A stretch of DNA of 63,915 bases, counting the filler, from Folioceros fuciformis (Eukaryota): the NCBI GenBank assembly GCA_049999805.1. It is 12 parts of 12 records of this genome, joined end to end, with 100 filler letters (N's around TTAATTAATTAA, not from the genome) between each part and the next. Parts side by side here need not be neighbours in the genome. Positions count along the whole stretch, not along the records: positions 1 to 5,987 come from JBNGIO010002233.1; positions 6,088 to 15,187 come from JBNGIO010002234.1; 10 more parts are not named here. One strand, written 5' to 3'. Of the stretch, positions 1 to 9,779 are shown piece after piece (position 1 is the first letter of the stretch; every line of letters starts with the position of its first letter). The position numbers and the translations under genes are program-made. The notes beneath the pieces were generated by a model. It did not search any database and was not told the origin of the DNA. It saw nothing but the letters and a program-made list of their open reading frames with translations.

Positions 1-420
1 GCACGAATTCTGATTTGGTGAAAGCCACTCTGAAGATCAACCTTGCTGAAGACTTTGGCACCCACAAGGTTATCCAAAATCTCTTCTATCCTGAGCATTT
101 GAAACCTATTCTTGACGGTGGATGCATTTAACCCTCTGTTGTCAACGCACATTCTAATCTTATCATTTCTGTGCTTGACTATGAGAACGGGAGCAACATA
201 AGGTGATACTGATTCCTCAATCAGCCCCTTCTTCAGCAGTCCATCCACTGCAGCTTGAACTTCCATGTTCTCTGGGGGAGCTAGCCTGTAAGGTGGCCTC
301 ACCACAGGCTTTGCTCCTGGCACCAGCTCGATGGTGTGGTCCACTTCTCTTCTCGGTGGTAGCCCTTGCATTTCTGAGAATACATCTGCAAACTTGGACA
401 AAAGTCCCAACATCTCAGGT
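1..420 (-). pseudogene. Ty3/gypsy reverse transcriptase N-terminal fragment
   Basis: Manual translation: LLKKGLIEESVSPYVAPVLIVKHRNDKIRMCVDNRGLN...KVFSKVDLQSGFHQIRI. Confidence 0.9.
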
Positions 421-525
421 GGTGCCTCTTCTTCTCCAGTTTGCTTTTCATCCACTTGCTCTAGCTGATAGCAGTTGAAAACTACAACAACAGCATACTC
501 CAGCTTTCCCTTTTGGATAGCTCTC

Positions 526-1212
526 CTAGCATTCTTGCATGAAAAAAAATTTGTTGTCTTGTCTTTGTGCAACTCCGTGTATCTTCAACTCTCTGCCTTT
601 CCACTGCAAGCTCATCACGTGTCTCCTAAAAGATATGTTTGGATCTACTCTCCAGAGCCAATCTTGCCCAAGAAAAACCTCGGGAGCAAGTGCGTCAATG
701 ACCTCCAATCGAATTTGATCAGCATACCCTTGAAAACTAATTTTTGTCATTATCTCGTGCACAGCAATTTGCTCCACTGTTCCGTTGCCCAACTTCATCT
801 ATTGCTTTGTCTCTGTGCAGTAACACATGGCTTCCAGGGCATCTCGAGCTACCTCGAATCTCACATAGACGTGAGATGACCTGCCGTCTATGAGGAATGA
901 TGCCTTCTTCCCACCAAGCAGTCCTTCCACTATTAAGGATTGATGCTTGAGGTGCTCACAGCCCTCCTTCTTATCGCTCTCCGTTCCAGCGACTGTGGGT
1001 GGGTCCTTGCTGGCAAAATTTTCTTTGTGGCTTGCTTGTACACATGGGCTCATTCCGAACAGCTCACATGCATTGACTGTTGTCTTGACTTGCGTCCCTA
1101 CAGGATCAGCTCCCCTCCTCCCTCTCAACCATTTCCCATACATTGATCCATATGGACACTGCCTGGAAATGTGATCAAAAGTAGAGCAAATAAAGCACAA
1201 GCCTTTTGCCAT
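526..1212 (-). pseudogene. Gypsy zinc knuckle plus aspartic protease (disrupted)
   Basis: ORFs 799-1212 and 526-798: CX2CX4HX4C, degenerate D(S/T)G motif, VFLGQDWL...P.ISF protease C-terminal motif. Confidence 0.85.
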
Positions 1213-1499
1213 ATACTCCTTCTTCTCTTTTTCATCACGCTAAATTCAATAGGCTTGAGCTCAACTTGCTGACTAGTGTGTGCAGTGGATCTTGCTGCAA
1301 GCTTTGAACCTCTAGGCTTCCAAGCGTGAGGGGGGTTGTACTTGACTCCTTGAGCTTGGTATGGTCTGTGAAACGCACCTTGTTGTCCTTGGCTTTGCCT
1401 GAATTGTTAAGTTGTCACGGTTGTGGATCCAGTTGGCTTGACTTCATAGTTCTCGACATCCATTGCAGCTTGCATTGCCTCTTCAATAGTGGTGCAGCA

Positions 1500-2999
1500 T
1501 TGCTGCTTGATGCTGAGCTTATACTCTTGCTTGATGGCATTGCAGTACCTAGCGAGCTTTGCCTCCTACTCCAGGTCCGGCATTTTGAGCATAGCTTTCA
1601 TGAACTGCAGATGAAATTCTTTGAGTGTACTTGTATGCTTGAGAGCATACCACGCTGACCAACACCTTTCTTTGTGATCCTTGGGCAAGAAGTTGTGAAG
1701 AAGCTCCGCTTTCATCACCTCCCGTGATTGTATGGGCAGCTTCTCTCCATGCTTCCCAGCCTCCTTCCTGTTCTCCCACCAAGCTCTGGCTAGATGGCTC
1801 ATGTAATGGGCTGCGAAGTCCACCTTCTCCTTTTCTTGCATGCTGACTGCTTCAAAATATATGGTGAATGCTTGCGTCCACTCCTGCAACTTACTCGGGC
1901 TCCTTCCTTGGCATGTGACCACGTCGAACTTAGCCCTCTTCCTCAGATCATCGTTTCGAGTTGGCTCCAGACCTTCGTTTAATGACATCCTTTCTCTAGA
2001 AGCAAGGTCAGTGACTGCCTGGGCTTGAGCTCTCTCATGCCTTGCAATTTGCAGACGCCTAACAATCTCAGCAATTTTGGGATCCTCTTGCTCTTCTTAC
2101 GCCAATCCTTGCACTCGAAAGGTTTTCAATGCTGTTGGCAGGATCGTGTTGATGATGGGAGTCCCAGCTGATGTGGGCAACTCGTTTGTAGAAGCGAACC
2201 TTCCATCTTTGTTGTCGTTTTGTGCACGAACAACCTCTAGTATGCTATCTTGTCCAGAAGTGGGTCTCTGCATGACTTGTGCTAGAATGCTTCTCCAATT
2301 TTGCTCCTTCTCGTCATTTTGTGCAAGCAAATTTGCTACCAACTTCTCATGCTGTTCTTATTGTTCTTGCAATGATTGATGTACAACAGCTTGAGCTTCA
2401 GCTTCCATACGTGCTTTGAATTCAGACAAGCTTGGACCATTGCCTTCGTTCACCTCATCTCTTGGCACGTGCAACTCTTCTTGGACTAAGCCAACGGCAT
2501 GTCCAGGAAGTATCTCACGTAAGGCCTTCTCCCTCTCTGCATTTTGAGCTAGAATATCAGCTAAAAAGTTTTCGTGCTTCTCTTGTTGAGCTTGCAAGGT
2601 TTGCTGGATCATAGCCATAACCTCGGACTCAACGCGGGATCTGAATTCTACTTCTCGTTCTGAGCCCACATTCGCATCAAAATTCGTAGCAGGCTCAACC
2701 TCTGTTGCTCTATGCGTGGGCATATGTACGAGATTGGGCACAACGTCCTCCTCCTCAACTACTTCTTTCCTTGTAGCTTGGCCTCATTTCTGACGAGCTA
2801 CCTTCCCATTGTCTATTGCAAGCCCAACGAGGGATTTGTGAGAACGGGAAATTTTCTTCTTAACGCCCCCTCCAGCTACCAGTCCACCTCGCAACCTCAC
2901 ACTTTGTCGAACTGCAGGCTCGACATCTGGAGCTTGGGCCATGTTGGCTATGGATCTTGCTCGTTGGCGGAGTCGTGAAGAGACACTACTATCGTCCAT
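1500..2999 (-). pseudogene. Gypsy gag (retrotransposon gag domain with long coiled-coil N-terminal region), disrupted
   Basis: 1566-1988 ORF with KVDFAAHYMSHLARAWW and ELLHNFLP gag-like motifs; upstream collinear ORF pieces 2097-2999. Confidence 0.75.
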
Positions 3000-3555
3000 C
3001 GACCTTGCGTACTCATGTAATCCAAGCTCAAATATGCAACTTATCCCTTCGTTGAAAAATTGTTAGCCCTGCTGTCACGTATGCACCTGCTTTCGGATGC
3101 CGAACCCAACTGTCTCTTCTCCTACCAGCACTCGATGTGACCCTTGCCATCGTTTTGGTCACTGGTGATCCACGCTTTAGCTGTGATCGGATGATCCAAG
3201 TGGTCACAATGGGGATTTTGTCACAGATGTGCTTGGAGGACTTGAACAACTAGATGTCGAGCTCCGATGGCCGACTAAGCAGCTCGCGCTGTTCTAGCTC
3301 TTTTCGTTTGCTAAGACTAGCACACGGAAACGCAATGACTTCTGAACTTCGACTATGAGATTGATTCCGCTTGTAACTATGCAGCTTCAGACCTTCCAGC
3401 TTCAAGACTCCTCTGGTTTGTTAGTTCTATTCACGCTCCCTCCACACTTAGTCCATAAGAACGTTCTTCATAGCGTGAGCACATTTCTCACGTTGTCCAA
3501 GATTGTTGAATCTCACTATGCATCAAGAACCACAAGAGCCTAAAGCTTCAACACT

Positions 3556-3805
3556 CCTCTTGCATTGTCTAGGGTCCAAGACCTCACAACTGCAAGGTGA
3601 CAAGAGCCTGAAGCATCAAAATGCCTCTTGCATCGTCTTGGTTCCAAGACCTCATGACTACAAGGTGATAAGAGCTTGAAGCGTCAAAATGCCTCTTGCA
3701 TTGTCTTGGGTCCAAGACCTCACGACTACAAAGTGACAAGAGCCTGAAGCATCAAAATGCCCCTTGCATTGTCTTGGGTCCAAGACCTCACGACTGCAAG
3801 GTGAC
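3556..3805. repeat. 68-bp tandem repeat, about 3.7 copies, in the retrotransposon 5' leader
   Basis: Units start at 3556, 3624, 3692, 3760 (cctcttgcattgtcttgggtccaagacctcacgactgcaaggtgacaagagcctgaagcatcaaaatg). Confidence 0.95.
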
Positions 3806-4155
3806 GGATCTCCTGGAGCTCAAATCCTCTGGCCTTTGCACACTTGCACTTTCTTATTCGCAGCTAGCACACATTTTCGCACCAAGATGGGAGCGTTTGC
3901 TTGCTCAAACATCATTGCTCCGTTCAGCTCCACGTTCTTGATCCTTCCTTCTCCATGAAAGCTATTTCGCTTCTCACCTTCTTTTTCCTTGCACCTGCCG
4001 CAAGCACTCCCCATCCATTCTGAATGACCACGCTCCCACTCCCATGATCACTCCTCCTCGTGGACCATCTATCATGAGCTTTTGTACCAACAGGCACAAA
4101 TCCAAGCAAAGATTTGGCTATTTTTTGGAGTCATGTCTCTTGCATGATCAACCGG

Positions 4156-4167
4156 GCTCTAATACCA
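4156..4167 (-). promoter_or_regulatory. Primer binding site (tRNA-iMet)
   Basis: TGGTATTAGAGC on minus strand, 2 nt from a CA LTR end at 4170. Confidence 0.85.
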
Positions 4168-4169
4168 TA

Positions 4170-4582
4170 TGTAAGCGGAGATGTGCCGAGACTTCTCGCG
4201 AACGTGGGGTCCGACTACCAGAAGCGAGGAGGCCCCCGTTCAGGAATCGAGAGAGTCTGATTAGAGGAGCCCTTAGTTCTTTGTACCCCCGTGTCCATGG
4301 TCTGACCGTTTCTTTACCTGAGCTAACTTAACTACTGGATTGGTTAGCAACTAATTGGGGTTAGCTTAATCCTTCTCGGCCTAACCTCTAATTCTAACCT
4401 TGTTTCCTTCATCTAGCTCTAGCGACTATGTCCTACGCATGCCCTACGCGTACTCTGCTGCGACCATTTCCCGTACGCCACCAGCACCATCTGGATGCTG
4501 ATCAAGTGTCCTGTCCTTCTCGTTGAGCTGCTCTTCAGCTCACTGGCTCGCTACGATCGCTGGCCGTAGCATCATCCCTTCA
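4170..4582 (-). repeat. Probable 5' LTR of the gypsy element
   Basis: CA end next to the PBS is firm; the outer TG boundary at 4582 is a guess because no second copy is present. Confidence 0.5.
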
Positions 4583-4869
4583 TTCATCTCTGAAAGATCT
4601 AATAGTGTGCCTTGTATATCAATTTACATTGCAATTACATACTTGCCAATATAAGTGTTGGGGTGTTGGTGAAGGGATTGCGCACCAGCCAATATAAAGT
4701 GTCAGTGAAGGGATTGCGCACCAACCAATGTAAGTGTTGGTGAAAGAACTTTTTGTGTATAGAGGCTGGTGAACGAATGTTATCTCTATCCAGTGTGTTC
4801 ATCTCTTACATGATTTGACAGTATGCCTTGTATAATAATGTCAAGCTACACACTTCTACCTTACTGCAA

Positions 4870-5330
4870 ACACTTGGTGTCTAGACTCTTTAGCATGTGC
4901 TCTACGGACCTTGTTGTGTTGACATGCTCAAGTCACACCAACTCATTGACATGCCCAAACCATACACTTGGTGTCTAGACTCTTCAGCATGTGCTCTACG
5001 GACCTTGTTGTGTTGACATTCTCAAGTCACACCGACTCATTGACATGCCCAAACCATATCGGATCATTAATACGGCCCAAACCAAATCATCTCATTACCA
5101 TGCGCAAACCACATCTGCTCATTGATATGCCAATCCACATCGACTCATTAACATGCTCAAACCACAACGACTCATTGACATGCCCAAACCACATTGGCTC
5201 CTTAACATGCTCAAAACACATCTGCTCATCGACATGCCTACACCACATCAGCTCATTAACATGCTCAAACCACATCCGCTCATTGACATGCCTAAACCAC
5301 ATCCGCTTCTTTGCATTGACATGCTTGGGT
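4870..5330. repeat. 94-bp direct duplication merging into a 27-bp minisatellite
   Basis: cacttggtgtctagactc at 4871 and 4965; then about 27-bp units ctcattgacatgcccaaaccacatc. Confidence 0.9.
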
Positions 5331-5395
5331 TACCATAGCTAGCTTGGGAATTGCATGATGACAAAGATTATGATATTCCTTACATGAGCAGCAAA

Positions 5396-5795
5396 AACCT
5401 GTAGATGGCAGGGCTACAAGGTAGCAATGGATGCTGCAGAGACCTGTAGATGGTAGGGCTACAAGGTAGCTATGGATAATGCAAAGGCCTATAGATGGTA
5501 GGGCTACAAGGTAGCGATAGATGCTACAAAGACATGTAGATGGTGGGTCTACAAGGTAGGGATGGATGTTCCAAAGATCTGTAGATGGCCGGGCTACAAG
5601 GTAGCTATGGATGCTGCAAAGACCAGTAGATGGTGGGGCTGCAAGGTGGCCATGGATGCTGCAAAGACCTATAGATGGTGGGGCTACTAGGTAGGGATGG
5701 ATGGTGCAAAGACGTGTACATGGCAGGGCTACAAGGTAGCGATGGATGCTGCAAAGACCTATAAATGGCAGGGCTACAAGGTAGCAATGGATGTT
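5396..5795. repeat. 45-bp minisatellite, 9 copies
   Basis: gtagatggcagggctacaaggtagc-like unit at 5401, 5446, 5491, 5536, 5581, 5626, 5671, 5716, 5761. Confidence 0.95.
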
Positions 5796-5987
5796 GAGCT
5801 TGCTTGGTATATTGAATTGAGGCAGGCTTTATTTCACATTAGTTTGCAACGAATCTCGATTGGTACTTTCGCTTTGACTTTCACTTAGCTTTGGATAGCA
5901 AGATTGTGAAGTTTGGCATCTCGGATAAGGAAGTCTTAGCTCACTATCCAAGTGGTTTTGTAATAAGGCAATATATTCTATAATAAT

Positions 5988-6087
5988 NNNNNNNNNNNNN
6001 NNNNNNNNNNNNNNNNNNNNNNNNNNNNNNNTTAATTAATTAANNNNNNNNNNNNNNNNNNNNNNNNNNNNNNNNNNNNNNNNNNNN
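5988..6087. other. Artificial contig linker
   Basis: 44N-TTAATTAATTAA-44N. Confidence 0.99.
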
Positions 6088-6149
6088 GGACTCCTGCTGC
6101 TCGTGGTGGCCTGGAGTAGCGGTTCGAACTGATTCGGGCATGGCGGGGT

Positions 6150-6330
6150 GTCAAAGCTGGATCTTCCAATGTGACTACGAATTGCGTTGGGGAGCACACT
6201 GGGGATTGCGTACCTGCACCACGAGGCAAGCCCCCCGATTTTCCACAGAGCCATCAAGGCTAACAACATTTGGCTGGATGGAAAGCGGAATTCTAAGGTT
6301 GCGAATTTCGGGCGGTCAAAGCTGGGCCGG
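6150..6330 (+). pseudogene. Receptor-like kinase (RLK/Pelle) catalytic-domain fragment
   Basis: [55 protein letters not shown] matches subdomains VIa-VII; HRD>HRA, DFG>NFG, in-frame stop. Confidence 0.8.
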
Positions 6331-6699
6331 TGCGGAACAAGAGGGGTTGAGTCCCGGGCATGGGTTGACGGTGGTGAAGATCTTAAAGAAGCATGATAAC
6401 TAGACTGGGGGTGTCCTTTGCATGTCTTATATCCAGACTGTCCTGCACCAGCCTTCTACATGACGGAGCTACGGCCTCAGCTCGTGAAAGACTGTAAGGG
6501 AACTTGTCTGACTTCTTTTCGATGCCACCCATTTTCCAGCAGTAGCCGTTGTGGAAGTCCTCCTATTTGACGAGGGAGAAAACAGTGTCCATAAAGCTCC
6601 GGGAATGATGTTGAGCGGACGGGTGCTTCTGAGGAGGTTCGAAGCCATGAGCGCGAGCAATGGGCAGCTGGTGGCGCATTCCTCCCCAAAGTAGCCTGG

Positions 6700-8025
6700 C
6701 TTGCCGCAGGCTCTTGCTAAACATCCTGGGGGATCTCCAAAGGTTGCAGCCAGTCTCGGGATCCATTCCCAGTTCCAGGGGGTTACGGTGGCTTGGACAA
6801 GGGCTAGAGGCGCAGGCTGCCAGAAGAATGCATGCGGACAAAGCCGAGGGACTGACCAATTGGCCCATGGTGGAATGGAGCCAAATGGTGGAATGTCACT
6901 TTTAGGTGCCAAGTTTACAAGGCTGCCCCTTGAGGGCACCAGATCAGCAGCATGGAGGCTAAACGAACGTGAAGAGGTGGAGGCTCTGAAGGGTGTAGGA
7001 TGCTCTGGTCAGAGTGAGGTTAGGTCAGGGTTAGGGTTAGGAATAGGTCGGAGTTAGGTTTAGGGTTTGACGAGTGGAGGGTTTTGTTGGAGGCGTGCTG
7101 ACCTAGTTGGGAGTGACAAGGGTTCTTGGCCAAGGAGGTATAAGGGGCCAGGCCTGTCATTGAGGGGGGGCTTTTTTTGGTGAAGAGCGCCCTTGACCTT
7201 GTGTGCAGGCTGCCGGGTTAGAGGTTTAACCCAGTGTGCAGATGTGCCTTGGCCTTGATTCCCATGCCACTAGGGGAACGTGGCGGCTCCCAAAATCGCC
7301 GAGATCTAGGTGGCCAGATCCGCAGGGGCTGGGCTATCTTGCATGCTGGTTGGGTGGTTGGGGTACCTTGACGTCCCTAAGGGGTTTCCAAGGTGACGGA
7401 TTGCAGGGCTGTGAGCCGAGGAGGCTATCCAGCCTGGGTTTGCACATCCTTGCCTCAAGGACTGCAAGTGAGGAGCTACTGTGTTCCAAAATCCAAGAGT
7501 GAGACGTGATGGTGAAGGGTTGAAGAGTTGAAGTGCTGGAGCAGAGATTTGAAGTGTTGGGGAAGTGCCGGAGTAGAGACTTGAGGTGCTGGAGTAGAGA
7601 CTTGAAGGGCTGGAGTTTGGAGTTGTTGTGCTGGGGTGAAGAGCTTAGGTGCTGAAGTTCTCAATCAATTGCTGGGGTGGCTGGCATTTAGGGCTGAGAG
7701 TGGAGGTCGAGGCCAGGGCTAGGGCCTCCTCTCAGCTGCTGAGGTGGCTGATACCCGTAGCTGGAAGTGGGAGCTGAAGATGATGCTGAGTCCTCATTCA
7801 ACTGGGGCTGTGGTTGGTGTTGAAGACAGGGTTCTGATCTTTTTGCTATAGTGTGGTTAGGTCTAGGAGCCGGCTGATAGTTAGGGTTAGATTTGGGCAG
7901 TGAGGGGGAGATTGTGGGGAACCTTAACACTAGTTCACTCCCTTGGGAGCGAATCCTAGTACTACGATGATGATAAGGGGAAAGTGTGGCCCTTGGAGGT
8001 TCTTGGGTGCAAGTTCCATTCCACA
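6700..8025 (+). repeat. LTR family A copy plus adjoining conserved sequence
   Basis: 7010-8025 is the reverse complement of 24346-25290; ends TCCACA at 8025 where it interrupts an ORF; TATAAG at about 7140; 6700-7000 resembles 13080-13700 inverted. Confidence 0.8.
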
Positions 8026-8760
8026 GGCTTCCACATATGCAAAGAGGCAACTACCTCAAGTTCAAGCAGAAGGTTAGCATAACAATGTATGTGTACAAGA
8101 AAAGGAGAAATCATCGAAGGTCGAGGAGAAGGTAAGGTCAAATTCTGCCTCTCCTTGTTCATCCTATCATATAGAATTTTCCCCCAGTCCACCTTGCTGC
8201 CCTTGACAACCTTGTGCACAAATAGCAACATCTGGTTGGAGAGGTAGTCCTACAACCAAATCTGCAAGAAACTCAAGAACCACCTCGTTAGGCCCATCAG
8301 ATAGGGATTGGCCATGTCACGGATCAGCCATCCGTTGGCCTCTTGACCTGTGCCAGTCTTGAATAGCGCCACAGCGGCTCTTGTGGTGTTGCGCTTCTTC
8401 AGGGACTCCAGCATGAGTCCACCCTCTTCCCCCTGGTCGCGCCCGTACACACGCCTCACCAGCTTCAGGTTCCAGTCCTAAGGCCTGCCCCTAATCCCTT
8501 CTTCCCTGACCGGCACCCTCAGCCGCTTGGCGCACTCCCTGACCAGCTGCGGCGCTACGTGATTCCACGTCTGGGTCATGAACCCGAGGCCTAGCTCTTC
8601 GGCAAGCCCTCCGGCTCTGACCCTCCAGTGTTCTATGTTTGGCCAAAAGGCCACATCAATCCTCGGGATAGGAGGTCCCTCCTCCTCTCCAGTCGCTGTT
8701 ACTCCTAGCAACAGTGCCAAAACAGTCCTCATCTGCCCTAATCACCTGCACGTCCTTATC
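8026..8760 (-). pseudogene. Retrotransposon accessory ORF, copy 1 (disrupted, truncated by LTR A)
   Basis: ORFs 8478-8732, 8250-8459 and 7962-8231 are collinear and clearly homologous to 45376-46062 and 52526-53653. Confidence 0.85.
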
Positions 8761-9090
8761 ATTGCCGCTTGCCTGCCCTCTGCTGTTCGCCTGTTGTCCT
8801 TCCTTTGCCCCGCTGCAACTGCGCCCGCTTCACTCCTAGTCGAGGTCCCGCTCCACTGCTACTTTCACTCCCGCTCCCTGACTCGCGATCACGCTCCCTC
8901 TTGCTTCACGGCTAAGTCGCCCTGACTCACCTAGGGTTTTATACTGGCCGTTCCCGTTCCACTACCGCCCATTGCCCTTCCACGACAATAGTTCAACTTC
9001 CACTTCCGTCGCTCAGTCACAACATCCCAATTTTTATGCCTAAGTCCACAACTACCTATGCTCAGGCCCCTTTCTTATTTTCTTATTTTC

Positions 9091-9099
9091 AAGGGGGGG
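9091..9099 (+). promoter_or_regulatory. Polypurine tract
   Basis: AAGGGGGGG just upstream of LTR start TGTAGAC. Confidence 0.7.
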
Positions 9100-9105
9100 T
9101 GCATA

Positions 9106-9340
9106 TGTAGACTCCTTGGTACCCCCCTGACCACCAAAGGCCAAGGACACTCTCGCTCACACCCATCCTTGGTCCTGTAACTCAGTCCAGTAAAAATACC
9201 AAAGGCCAAGAAGACTTTGGGTATAAATACCCAAGTCTTATTCACAAGCTAAGCTGGTTCACTCACACTTTCACAAAAAAAATCACAACCTGCGCATTCT
9301 GTCTCTAAAATGGGAGTTCCAAAAGTTTTTTTCGTCTACA
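9106..9340 (+). repeat. 235-bp 3' LTR
   Basis: Perfect 7-bp terminal inverted repeats TGTAGAC...GTCTACA, internal TATAAATA, preceded by a PPT; cuts the neighbouring RNase H ORF exactly after VDH. Confidence 0.85.
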
Positions 9341-9756
9341 ATGATCAACATGGAAGACAAACTCATAGGAGAGGAGATAATGACAAAATTTACGACATGA
9401 GTAAACCATGCCAAGTGCCTCCCTCTTGGTTGTGGTGTACTTGCGGTCAACCTCCGTGAGTTGGCGTCTAGCATAGTAGTTTGGGTAGTCCCTCCCCTTC
9501 TCATCCCACTGGCTTAAGACTATCCCAATGGCAAATGCAGACACATCCACGTACACATGAAACTTCCTGTCCCAATCAGGCCCCTTAAAGGTTGGTGTTG
9601 TCACAAGGGTAGTCCTCAAGTCTTGAAACATAGCCTCCCTCTCCGTTGTCCATTCCCAAGGTTGCTCCTTCCTCAATAGGCCTGTCAAAGGAGCAGCCCG
9701 TCTAGCAAAGTTGGGCACAAAACGGCGGTAGTAACCCACCATTCCAAGAAAAGCTT
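9341..9756 (-). pseudogene. Ty3/gypsy RT thumb / RNase H fragment
   Basis: FLGMVGYYRRFVPNFA...FHVYVDVSAFAIGIVLSQ...YTTTKREALGMVY...FHVDH. Confidence 0.92.
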
Positions 9757-9779
9757 AAGCAAGGAGGCAACAACAAGCA

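Larger units (their letters stand above)
1..4582 (-). mobile_element. Degenerate Ty3/gypsy LTR retrotransposon, 5' part (LTR-PBS-leader-gag-PR-RT start)
   Basis: Minus-strand order: putative LTR, tRNA-Met PBS, gag core (1566-1988), CCHC knuckle CFICSTFDHISRQC, protease FLIDGRSSHVY, RT N-terminus; multiple stops and frameshifts. Confidence 0.9.

Noticed and set aside
4968-5342. Cys/His repeat protein (SLTCxNHI)n
   Set aside because: Open frame explained by a 27-bp minisatellite; no gene structure
5396-5795. Regular repeats as a possible CRISPR array (also 3556-3805 and 23536-23700)
   Set aside because: Whole units repeat head-to-tail with no unique spacers; no cas genes; eukaryotic context
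5988-6087. Recurrent TTAATTAATTAA flanked by Ns (11 times) and ORFs ending XXXLIN
   Set aside because: Assembly linker with stops in all six frames; not biological
9751-9756. HindIII site at the junction of oppositely oriented gypsy fragments
   Set aside because: Not the filled-in Hi-C junction AAGCTAGCTT and a single 6-mer is expected by chance; the junction remains unexplained
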